Shown in pieces: positions 18,307 through 26,204 of a DNA stretch of 26,204 nucleotides. Under the pieces are notes generated by a model, which saw only the letters and a list, made by a program, of their open reading frames with translations, was not told where the DNA came from and ran no database searches. Position 1 is the stretch's first letter, and each line of letters starts with the position of its first letter. Origin of the DNA: an uncultured Candidatus Saccharibacteria bacterium (GTDB taxonomy: Bacteria; Patescibacteriota; Minisyncoccia; Minisyncoccales; Staskawiczbacteraceae); assembly GCA_964373565.1 (NCBI GenBank), contig CAYJVF010000002.1, positions 1-26,204 of the forward strand, given 5' to 3'. The position numbers and the translations under genes were made by a program.

Positions 18307-19278
18307 TTACAGTTCCGAAACCACAATAATAATGATATAGAGAGCGTAAAGACAGACAAATAAAAACCCCTGCCAGCGCTCAAGCAAGTGACGCCTGCCA
18401 ATAAACATAAATAGAAAAAGAAGGAAAGTTGTGATGATTGCAACGACAACATCCCTCATAAGAATAGTTGAAAAGGGTAGCGGCGCAATAAGAGAGCTGA
18501 CTCCCAGTATCCAGAAGATATTAAAAATGTTAGAACCGACAATATTCCCTACGGCGATATCAGTATTTTTTTTATAAGCTGCTACGGCAGAGGTTGCCAA
18601 TTCTGGCAAAGAAGTGCCAACTGCCACAATAGTAAGCCCGATGACCGCTTGGCTCATGCCAAGGTCAACAGCAAGTTTTACGGCCGAATCCACAATCCAT
18701 TTGCCCCCAACAGTCAAGCCAATAAGTCCCAGAATAATCATGCCAATTGAAACTAAATTAGATCTTTCTTTTACAACAACATCATCGCTGACGCTACCCT
18801 CCACTTTTATAATGCCGTATGTGTAGTATAAAAAAATTATAAAAAATGAAACGAGGATGAGCCCGTCTATTCTTGTCAGCCCGGAAAAAAAGCCGCCGTC
18901 AATAAACATATCATTGGCCATAAATCCAACCACGATGACCGCCAGAAGACTTAGGGGAATTTCCTTCCAAACCGTGCCTTTCGTCACTGCTAAAGGATAA
19001 ATAAGCGCCGAAATTCCTAAAATTAAAAGTATATTGGCAATGTTGCTGCCTAAAATATTGCCTATGGCGATATCGGTATTGCCCTGAACTGAGGCGAAAA
19101 TATTTACAATTAATTCGGGAGCTGAAGTTCCAAAGGCAACAATGGTAAGTCCTATTACCAAAGCTGAAATTCCAAATTTTCTGGCTATCAAAGAAGCTCC
19201 TTTGACCAAAAAATCCGCGCCCTTAATAAGAAGTCCAAATCCCGCAATTAAAAACACATAAGTAAGTAAATCGGGCAT
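18307..19278 (-). CDS. Calcium/sodium antiporter (YrbG, CaCA family)
   Basis: Two alpha repeats, GLTIVAFGTSAPEL..GNILGSNIAN and GLTIVAVGTSLPEL..GNIVGSNIFN. Confidence 0.95.
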   Translation of the reverse strand: MPDLLTYVFLIAGFGLLIKGADFLVKGASLIARKFGISALVIGLTIVAFGTSAPELIVNIFASVQGNTDIAIGNILGSNIANILLILGISALIYPLAVTKGTVWKEIPLSLLAVIVVGFMANDMFIDGGFFSGLTRIDGLILVSFFIIFLYYTYGIIKVEGSVSDDVVVKERSNLVSIGMIILGLIGLTVGGKWIVDSAVKLAVDLGMSQAVIGLTIVAVGTSLPELATSAVAAYKKNTDIAVGNIVGSNIFNIFWILGVSSLIAPLPFSTILMRDVVVAIITTFLLFLFMFIGRRHLLERWQGFLFVCLYALYIIIIVVSEL

Positions 19279-19281
19279 GAT

Positions 19282-19626
19282 TTATTTATCAAGTTTTTCT
19301 AACATTTGCCTTTTATTCTTGAATTCATCTGCGGCTCGCGAGTCTTTGACTGGTCCATACCTCATAGAACTCTCAAGTTGTTTTAGTTTTCCAATTTCTT
19401 TTTTTACTTCTTCGGGACTAAAATCGTAACCATAATTTTTAAAAATTTCCTTTTTATACGTCTCTTTCTCGCGCAGACCCATATTATAAGAACCTTGAAA
19501 TCCCGTTGTCGGATCTCTGTACTGACTAAAACTTTTTTTCAGATCTTCAGGTCTTTTGGATTTAATGGGCTTGAAGTCTTTACTAATTGGTTTTGGCGAT
19601 GGCCTGGTGGGTTCAAAAAATCCCAT
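19282..19626 (-). CDS. Hypothetical protein (114 aa, charged)
   Basis: Packed with 3-4 nt gaps between ileS and the antiporter. Confidence 0.7.
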   Translation of the reverse strand: MGFFEPTRPSPKPISKDFKPIKSKRPEDLKKSFSQYRDPTTGFQGSYNMGLREKETYKKEIFKNYGYDFSPEEVKKEIGKLKQLESSMRYGPVKDSRAADEFKNKRQMLEKLDK

Positions 19627-19630
19627 ATTA

Positions 19631-22522
19631 TTATATTTTCTTTAATTTTATCAATAATTTTTTATAGTCGACCGATAACTCTTTTTCTAAAAAACCATCT
19701 TGGGCAAATTCTTTTCCCTCCGATTCCTTAGCCTTAATTTCCGGAAAAATATCTACCCTATGCTTATGCAATATATTAACAATAGTTTCGTCTCCTGCAA
19801 TATGCAATAAAATTTCGTCTTGGGGTTTTAACCCCGCCTCTTTTCTCATTTCTTGAACTGCCCGCACAACTTCGCGCAAAATACCCTCTTCCCTCAACTC
19901 TTGGGTAATTTTTAAATCTAGCTCAACTTCATCTTTGATTTTACCGTCAAAAACAATTTCTTTCACATTCACCTCGTCTTTTATCAAATCCAGCAGCTCA
20001 TTTTCATTTTTTAATTTTGATTTTTGATTTTTAATTTTTAATTTTGCCAATGGTTGTCTTACTTTCGTCGCATTTGACTGCCTTTGCGCCAAAGCCAAAG
20101 AAACAATATGCCTGACTTCATTCATTTTCTCTATTAGAGAAATTTCAGATTTAGAAACTTTAGAAACCTTCGGCCAATTTGCCAAATGAACGCTTTCTGG
20201 CTCATTTTTTTGTCGAACTGCCCCAAAAAGGTATTCGGCAAAAAACGGCATAGCCGGAGCCATAGTCAAGGAAAGGTTGCCTAAAACATATCGCAAAGCG
20301 TTCAAAGCCATTTTTTTGTCATTACTTTCTTCTTTAAAGCGATATCTGCTTCGCCTTAAATACCAAACAGAAAGGTCTTCAATAAAATCTATTAACGGGC
20401 GAACAGCCAAATCAACTTTGTAATTTTCGTACCCTTCTGTTGAAACGGCAATCAATTGCTTTAATCTTGCTAAAATCCAAATATCCAAAATATTTTTGCT
20501 TTTGTTATCAGCTTTTGAGTTATTGTCATACAACTTGTAAAACTCCAATACATTATATAGTCTGCTGATGTTCTTTTTGGCCGCTTCATCAACGCCTTTT
20601 TCTGAAAAAGACAAATTTTCCGCCTGCACAACCTGCGAACTTAACATATAAAACCTCATGGCGTCAGCGCCGTATTTTTCCATAACTTCAGAGGGATCGG
20701 GATAATTTTTTAATTTCTTTGACATTTTTTTTCCGTCTTCGGCTAAAACAATTCCCGTCACGATGCAGTTTTTAAAGGCCTGCGTGCCGAATAAAGCGCC
20801 GGTTAAAACATGCTGGTAGTAAAACCATGCCCTAGTTTGGTCTTGGGCTTCGCCAATAAAATCGGCCGGCAATCGCTTTTTTAGCTCTTTTTCATTTTCA
20901 AAAGGATAGTGCAAAGAGGCAAAAGGGACAGAACCAGAGTCAAACCATGTATCTAAAACTTCAGGCACTCTTTTCATTTTCCCGCCACAATCACAATTAA
21001 AATTAATTTCATCAACAACTTCTTTATGCAAGTCATTTACCAATTTTCCGCTTACCTTTTCCAATTCTTTTGCCGAACCAAAAACTTTTTCTTTTTTACA
21101 AATTTCGCACCGCCAAACAGGAATGGTATTTGCCCAAAAACGCTGGCGGGAAATAGACCAGTCTCTGGCGCCCTTTAGCCATTGGCCAAATCTTCCTTCC
21201 TTTATATGGCTTGGCACCCAATTAATTTTTCGGGCGGTTTTTTGCAGTTTTGCCTTTATTTTTTCTACGGCCACAAACCAAGAACTTGTTGCGTAATTTA
21301 AAAGCGCCGTGTCGCATCGCCAGCAATGAGGGTAGGCGTGCTCATATTTTTCTGCCAAAAACAATAATCCTTTTTGGTCTAAATATTTTTTAATATCCAA
21401 ATCAACTTCTCGCACCTCCTCTGGAATATTTTTTGCTCTAAGAGAAATATCTTGCAGGAGAAAATCGCGAACCTCCGGCTTAAATTTCCCGGCCATAGTC
21501 ACATGCTGAACAAATGGCAAATTTACTTTTTTCAACAATTCCCAGTCGTCGGCTCCAAAAGCCGGGGCCTCATGGGCCAGACCGGTTCCTTCTTGGTCGG
21601 TAACAAAATCGGCCGCATAAACTTTCCATCCGTTTTCGCGGTTCTTTAAGTTTTTATCGTTAGCGTAATAGTCAAAAAGCGGTTCGTATGCCAACCCAAC
21701 CAATCGTTTTCCCTTTAAAGTTTCAACTACTTGGTAATTTTTATCTTTTAACACTTGGCCCAAACGATTTTCAGCTAAAATAAAAATATCGCTGCCAATT
21801 TTAGTCTTTGCATATTTAATGTCTGCCCCCACGGCAAGAGCTACATTTGAAGGAAGCGTCCAAGGCGTTGTTGTCCAAGCCAAAAAGTAAGTGTTTGTCT
21901 CTCCAATCAGCTTGAACTTTATCGTTACCGACAAATCTTTTATTGTTTTGTACCCTTCGGCCACTTCTCCTTGGCTTAATGTCGTTTCGCACCGCGGGCA
22001 AATATGAAGCGACCTGTGGTCTTCGTAAATCAACCCCTTGTCATACAAAGTTTTAAAAGCCCACCATTCTGACTGCATATATTCAAAATCCATAGTGCGG
22101 TAAGCATGAGCCATATCCGCCCATCGGCCAAATCTGGAAATAATCCTTTCCCACTCATTTATAAAAATAAAGATTTTCTGACGGCACAAGTCGTTGAATT
22201 TTTTGACGCCCATAACAGCAATGTCTTTTTTAGACTTGGTGCCAAGTTCCTTTTCAACGATATTTTCAATTGGAAGACCATGACAATCCCATCCCCATTG
22301 ACGAGCAACAAAATAGCCCCGCATAGTTTTATATCGGGGAATGGCGTCTTTAATAACGCTTTGAAGTAAATGGCCATAATGGGGAGTGCCTGTGGCAAAA
22401 GGCGGGCCATCGTAAAACACAAAAGGTTTTTTATCTTTCGTTAATTCAAGAGATTTGGCAAAAATATTTTTGTCCTGCCAGAATTTTAAAATTTTCTGCT
22501 CTTCTTGTGAATAATTATACAT
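19631..22522 (-). CDS. ileS: Isoleucine--tRNA ligase (type 2)
   Basis: FYDGPPFATGTPHYGH, GWDCHGLPIE, WTTTPWTLPSN, DWSISRQRFW and GKKMSKKLKNYPDP. Confidence 0.98.
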   Translation of the reverse strand: MYNYSQEEQKILKFWQDKNIFAKSLELTKDKKPFVFYDGPPFATGTPHYGHLLQSVIKDAIPRYKTMRGYFVARQWGWDCHGLPIENIVEKELGTKSKKDIAVMGVKKFNDLCRQKIFIFINEWERIISRFGRWADMAHAYRTMDFEYMQSEWWAFKTLYDKGLIYEDHRSLHICPRCETTLSQGEVAEGYKTIKDLSVTIKFKLIGETNTYFLAWTTTPWTLPSNVALAVGADIKYAKTKIGSDIFILAENRLGQVLKDKNYQVVETLKGKRLVGLAYEPLFDYYANDKNLKNRENGWKVYAADFVTDQEGTGLAHEAPAFGADDWELLKKVNLPFVQHVTMAGKFKPEVRDFLLQDISLRAKNIPEEVREVDLDIKKYLDQKGLLFLAEKYEHAYPHCWRCDTALLNYATSSWFVAVEKIKAKLQKTARKINWVPSHIKEGRFGQWLKGARDWSISRQRFWANTIPVWRCEICKKEKVFGSAKELEKVSGKLVNDLHKEVVDEINFNCDCGGKMKRVPEVLDTWFDSGSVPFASLHYPFENEKELKKRLPADFIGEAQDQTRAWFYYQHVLTGALFGTQAFKNCIVTGIVLAEDGKKMSKKLKNYPDPSEVMEKYGADAMRFYMLSSQVVQAENLSFSEKGVDEAAKKNISRLYNVLEFYKLYDNNSKADNKSKNILDIWILARLKQLIAVSTEGYENYKVDLAVRPLIDFIEDLSVWYLRRSRYRFKEESNDKKMALNALRYVLGNLSLTMAPAMPFFAEYLFGAVRQKNEPESVHLANWPKVSKVSKSEISLIEKMNEVRHIVSLALAQRQSNATKVRQPLAKLKIKNQKSKLKNENELLDLIKDEVNVKEIVFDGKIKDEVELDLKITQELREEGILREVVRAVQEMRKEAGLKPQDEILLHIAGDETIVNILHKHRVDIFPEIKAKESEGKEFAQDGFLEKELSVDYKKLLIKLKKI

Positions 22523-22523
22523 T

Positions 22524-23111
22524 TTAATTCAATTCTTTAATCTGTCCCTTGTGAATCCTCTCTTCTCTCTTAATTCTTTTTAAGTTTTCTTCCAAAGACA
22601 TGCTTTTTACAATGCTTTCTAAAATCCAAAGCGGACACTCATGGCTTACCACTAAAATATTTTTGCCTTTATGCTTTAATTCCATGTCATTTAAAAAATC
22701 TGAAACTCTTTTCCATACTTCCTGATAAGATTCTCCATTTTCCATTTTGTCCGTTATTCTTTCTGCCTCATTCCGGAATTTAATATCTAATTTTTCAATG
22801 GGCCCGCCATTCATTGCTCCAAAACTTATTTCTCTTAACCTTTTATCAAACTTTGGCTTCACTCCGATTGTTTTGCCCATAATTTCGGCTGTTTCTTTGG
22901 TTCTTTCTAAGTCTGACGCAAAAATAAAGTCAATGCTTTTTCCTTCTTTTGCAGTCATTTCCAGTAGTTTCTCGGCCGATTGATATATCATAAACCGGCC
23001 TTTTTCAGTTAAACGATTTTCAAAAGTTTCCGGCCAAGAAGAAGTGACCTGCCTTACGTTAGAAAGAGCCTCCCCATGTCTTAAAATATAGTATTTGTTA
23101 TTTAATTTCAT
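22524..23111 (-). CDS. Histidine phosphatase (phosphoglycerate mutase family)
   Basis: RHGE, SDLERTKETA, LREI and VSHE motifs. Confidence 0.9.
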   Translation of the reverse strand: MKLNNKYYILRHGEALSNVRQVTSSWPETFENRLTEKGRFMIYQSAEKLLEMTAKEGKSIDFIFASDLERTKETAEIMGKTIGVKPKFDKRLREISFGAMNGGPIEKLDIKFRNEAERITDKMENGESYQEVWKRVSDFLNDMELKHKGKNILVVSHECPLWILESIVKSMSLEENLKRIKREERIHKGQIKELN

Positions 23112-23115
23112 AAAT

Positions 23116-23596
23116 GAGTATCGATTCGAATATACTAATTTACTAATGATACAAATAGCAATACGAAAATTTATACGAATCTCTTCTTGTTATCTGTACC
23201 TACTCTGATTATTCTCACTGGTTTTATATAACGATTCCTAAAATTAACAATTAGTCCTAATTTCTTACCGCTCATTTGTAAATACCTTTGTAATTGGTAG
23301 AAATCCCCTCTTGCTATTAATCTTTTTGCCTTAGTTTCAAGAATTAATTTGTCTTCAACAATAAAATCAAGAATATTTTGACCATCGTCCATTCTTTGCT
23401 CTCTTTTATAGTTCACTTTCAATTCTTTTAGTTTTTTTCAATTAAATCACCGTCTTGTTTTTCTTTAGCAAATCTTCCCAGTTTATTGTGAGCTGCAAAA
23501 CAAATACCGTTAACCTTATAAGATAGTTCAGCATAAATTATTTTCGTATCTTTATTTGTATAATTAGTATTCATTTGTATATTAGCATCGATACTC
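23116..23596. mobile_element. Putative IVS-like cassette: GxxExxY gene enclosed by long imperfect inverted repeats
   Basis: Terminal GAGTATCGAT/ATCGATACTC plus three internal 9-bp complementary pairs. Fills the argS-phosphatase gap exactly. Mobility is inferred. Confidence 0.55.
23171..23574 (-). pseudogene. GxxExxY-family protein (PD-(D/E)xK-like), frameshifted
   Basis: MNTNYTNKDTKIIYAELSYKVNGICFAAHNKLGRFAKEKQDGDLIE, then a shift at A7 (23432-23438), then LKVNYKREQ..LDFIVEDKLILETKAK..YQLQRYL..GLIVNF. The span is 404 nt, 1 nt short of in-frame, and the motif Tyr is Asp. Confidence 0.85.
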
Positions 23597-23598
23597 TG

Positions 23599-25311
23599 CT
23601 ACATCTTAGTTGGAGCAGATATTCCAAGCAACCACAACCCATTTTTAATAATAATAGAAAATGCCTGCGTCAACGCAACCTTATGGGGCGAAAACTCATC
23701 ATTTTTGTCTACAATTTTATTATTTGCATAAAAATTATTAAATTCACGCGCCAGTTCGGTCAAATACAATGTAATGATATGTGGCTCATATTCTTCACCG
23801 GCTTTTTGGACAATTTCAGGAAAACGCACCATCATTCTTTCCAAATCACTTGTTTTTTTATTCGTAGATTTGGATGTCATTAGTAAATTAGTATCGCCCT
23901 TAATTTTTTCGTTTTTTGCTTTTCTTACTACCGACTGCGCTCTCGCATAACTATATTGCAAGTAGGGACCGGAGTCACCCTCAAAAGAAATTGACTTGTC
24001 AAAATCAAAAATAATATCGCTTCCAATTGACTGCTTTAAAATGGAATATTTAATTGCGCCAATGGCAATTTTTTCCATATCTTCATTTTCTAAATTTCTA
24101 TCACCTATTTTTCTCTTAATATTTTTCTTAACATTTTCTATAAAGGATTCTACCGGCACTATTGTGCCGGTTCTAGAAGACATTTTCCCGGAAGGCAACT
24201 TTAGCAATCCATGTCCAATGTGTTTAGTTTTTTTGGCTAAACTGGGATTAATTTGATTTAATGCGTCCAACATAACTTGAAAGTATGAATTTTGTTCGTT
24301 CGCAGTAACAATGATGGATGTATCGTACTTAAAATATTTATATTTCTTAATGGAAAGAGCCAAGTCTTTTGCTTCGTAAGTAGGCTGGCCCTCCGAGTTA
24401 ATGAAAACCCTTGTGTGCGATCCAAATTTTTCACCTTTAAAAATTATGGCGTTATTGTCTCCTCTTTCAAATATACCTCTTTTTTCACCCTCTAAAACTA
24501 TCTTTTTCCCATCATTGGCAACTTCTCCCTCAAAGAAATATTTATCAAATCTTGTATTTAATCTTTTATAAATTATTTCAAAATTTAATAAGCTTTCTTT
24601 TCTACCCAAGTCATATAACTTGTTGATTTCCCTATCCGATCTTTCATATATTTTTTTATTGATTTCTGCAATTTCTTGCCTTTGAACTTCATTTTCTTCA
24701 TAAGCTTTGTGCCCAAAGGCGTACGCTTCTTGTAAATTAACTCCTCTTTTTAACGCCCAAACCGCTTTCGCTACATGCATACCAATATCGCCCTGATAAT
24801 TTACCCTTTTTAATTGAGCCTCTGAAAATTCAAAAATTCTGGCAAGAGACTCTCCGATTATATTGGGCATCAAATGGCCAATATGAAACTTTTTGAAGGG
24901 GTTGGGGTCGGTATACTCAATAATTACCTTTTTATTTTTTAAAATACTATTTTTTCCAAACTTATCTTTTTCTTTCAAAACTTTTTTTAAATTATTGGCA
25001 AAAAATTCTTTTGATAAAAAAAAGTTGATAAACCCGGGTGGCACCGCCTCTACTTTTTCCATGCTAACATTCGTACGAATGTTAGCATGGATATTGATAT
25101 TGTTAACGATGTCAATAGCCACATCTAATGGGTTTTTATTCAAATCCTTAGCCAGTGCTAAAGCAACACTGGTAGCATAATCTCCGTGCGTTTTTTCTTT
25201 AGAAATTTCAACCAAAACCTTCGTACTCAAACTTTCGCGGTCGCGAAAGTTTGAGTACGATGTTTTCAATGCCTCTTCAATTATTTTTTTTAGTTCTTCT
25301 TGTATACTCAT
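23599..25311 (-). CDS. argS: Arginine--tRNA ligase
   Basis: HGDYAT, PGFINF, EYTDPNPFKKFHIGH, KMSSRTG and GDSGPYLQYSYAR. Confidence 0.98.
   Translation of the reverse strand: MSIQEELKKIIEEALKTSYSNFRDRESLSTKVLVEISKEKTHGDYATSVALALAKDLNKNPLDVAIDIVNNINIHANIRTNVSMEKVEAVPPGFINFFLSKEFFANNLKKVLKEKDKFGKNSILKNKKVIIEYTDPNPFKKFHIGHLMPNIIGESLARIFEFSEAQLKRVNYQGDIGMHVAKAVWALKRGVNLQEAYAFGHKAYEENEVQRQEIAEINKKIYERSDREINKLYDLGRKESLLNFEIIYKRLNTRFDKYFFEGEVANDGKKIVLEGEKRGIFERGDNNAIIFKGEKFGSHTRVFINSEGQPTYEAKDLALSIKKYKYFKYDTSIIVTANEQNSYFQVMLDALNQINPSLAKKTKHIGHGLLKLPSGKMSSRTGTIVPVESFIENVKKNIKRKIGDRNLENEDMEKIAIGAIKYSILKQSIGSDIIFDFDKSISFEGDSGPYLQYSYARAQSVVRKAKNEKIKGDTNLLMTSKSTNKKTSDLERMMVRFPEIVQKAGEEYEPHIITLYLTELAREFNNFYANNKIVDKNDEFSPHKVALTQAFSIIIKNGLWLLGISAPTKM
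23859..23898 (-). repeat. In-frame half-arm of the intergenic hairpin family inside argS
   Basis: 32/40 ungapped identity to 11154-11193. An exact 18-mer (23877-23894) matches 23132-23149 in reverse complement. Confidence 0.75.
25058..25091. repeat. Perfect 34-bp palindrome inside argS
   Basis: TCCATGCTAACATTCGT|ACGAATGTTAGCATGGA. Confidence 0.95.
25221..25260. repeat. Perfect 19-bp-arm hairpin inside argS
   Basis: TCGTACTCAAACTTTCGCG-GT-CGCGAAAGTTTGAGTACGA. Confidence 0.95.
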
Positions 25312-25985
25312 TGAATTACCGTGCCAATAAAAGGTTTGTCATTTAGAAATTGTTCAAACCGTTCTAAATTTTTCCCGTTTACCATAACCACTTTTATTTT
25401 CAAAATCTCTGCCATCTTTGACGCTCGCGGGTCAAATGGTACCGATAACCCCGGCATCCACTTATTTGGCATTATTTTTCTAAAATCTTTCCAAGAAATT
25501 TCTTTGATTGCTTTAGCCGATGGATATTTTTTGGGATCTTTGTCGTACACATAGTCTATATTAGTCAAATTAATTATTTTTTTAATGCCCATATTTTTTG
25601 CCAGCATCACCGAGCAATAATCCGTTGACCAGCCCGGTTTCCAGCCCGCGGCAATCACCACATCCTTTCTAGTACTAATACTTTTTGTAGGGTTGGTAAT
25701 GATTTGTGAAAATGCCAAATCCCCAAAGGATTGTTTTACTACTCGCGCGTTCAGGCGTGAAACATCAATGCCAATTAAATCTCTTCCATCATTGTCTGCC
25801 CCGAATTCCAATAAGGCTTTTTGGTAATTTCGGCAAATTTTCCCGCCGCCGACAAAAATAAAAAACCGCTTTTGGTTAAGATGTTTTGTTGCCGATTTTT
25901 TAAAACTTTTTAAAAAACTAACATCAATTTCATTTGGTGCAACCAGAGAGCCGCCCAAAGAAATGATGATATTTTCTTTTGCCAT
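25308..25985 (-). CDS. pyrH: UMP kinase (archaeal-type)
   Basis: ISLGGSL, VGGGKICR, GWKPGWSTD, NLTNIDYVYDKDPKK and PFDPRAS. Confidence 0.93.
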   Translation of the reverse strand: MAKENIIISLGGSLVAPNEIDVSFLKSFKKSATKHLNQKRFFIFVGGGKICRNYQKALLEFGADNDGRDLIGIDVSRLNARVVKQSFGDLAFSQIITNPTKSISTRKDVVIAAGWKPGWSTDYCSVMLAKNMGIKKIINLTNIDYVYDKDPKKYPSAKAIKEISWKDFRKIMPNKWMPGLSVPFDPRASKMAEILKIKVVMVNGKNLERFEQFLNDKPFIGTVIQ

Positions 25986-26027
25986 ATTTTCCCATTGTAG
26001 CCTATTTATGGCTTAATTTAAAGTCAC

Positions 26028-26093
26028 TTAAGCAAAAAGCCCCTTCTTATGCACCGCCCAAATTCCATCTACATTCCACGAAATTATTTTCAT
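26028..26093 (-). pseudogene. Exodeoxyribonuclease III (xth/ExoA) N-terminal remnant
   Basis: Manual translation MKIISWNVDGIWAVHKKGLFA* resembles the MKIISWNVNGIRA..KKG signature; stop after 21 codons. Confidence 0.75.
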
Positions 26094-26149
26094 ATTTGGA
26101 TACCAAAATTTTTATCTATTTTTTTACTGCGACCTTTAGAAATTTCTAA

Positions 26150-26204
26150 TGGCGGAGGAGGTGGGATTCGAACCCACGAGACCCGTAAGGGTCGCGGTTT
26201 TCAA
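26150..26204 (-). tRNA. tRNA-Ser(UGA), 3' part (5' end outside the window)
   Basis: Anticodon loop (n)U-UGA-AA, long variable arm GACCC-UUAC-GGGUC, T arm GUGGG-UUCGAAU-CCCAC, G73 discriminator and encoded CCA. Confidence 0.9.

Noticed and set aside
20149-20168. 9-nt tandem duplication in ileS giving KVSKVSK
   Set aside because: A single short in-phase duplication, explained by ordinary slippage and unrelated to the heptad or palindrome families.
26094-26204. Integrative element at the tRNA-Ser 3' end
   Set aside because: No integrase is present and I saw no duplicated tRNA 3' end (att) by eye; only the xth remnant follows.

Overview
AT-rich bacterial chromosome segment with almost all genes on the minus strand and standard code 11. 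It is most consistent with a Patescibacteria/CPR (Parcubacteria-like) genome; this is inferred from the type-2 IleRS, homodimeric GlyRS, archaeal-type UMP kinase, a PaaX/Cas2-like orphan, and CPR-style hypotheticals. The housekeeping backbone is groES-groEL, tatD, metG, an AI-2E transporter, an M16 peptidase, glyQS, recO, a Ca/Na antiporter, ileS, a histidine phosphatase, argS, pyrH and a partial tRNA-Ser(UGA). Interspersed are a type II R-M pair (beta-class MTase with an SNase-like tail plus an MjaI-like REase), a RelE-type TA pair, and single-gene cassettes with strong Shine-Dalgarno sites, most with their own promoter and terminator (stand-alone RNAP alpha-CTD, a GC-rich csrA, a cupin, small hypotheticals). 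The most unusual signal is non-genic. Several families of palindromic and heptamer repeats fill intergenic gaps, flank a frameshifted GxxExxY gene and a PaaX/Cas2-like gene, and also sit in-frame inside essential genes (groEL, argS, tatD, metG, ileS). No CRISPR array, integrase or transposase was seen. All counts were made by hand and no database searches were run.
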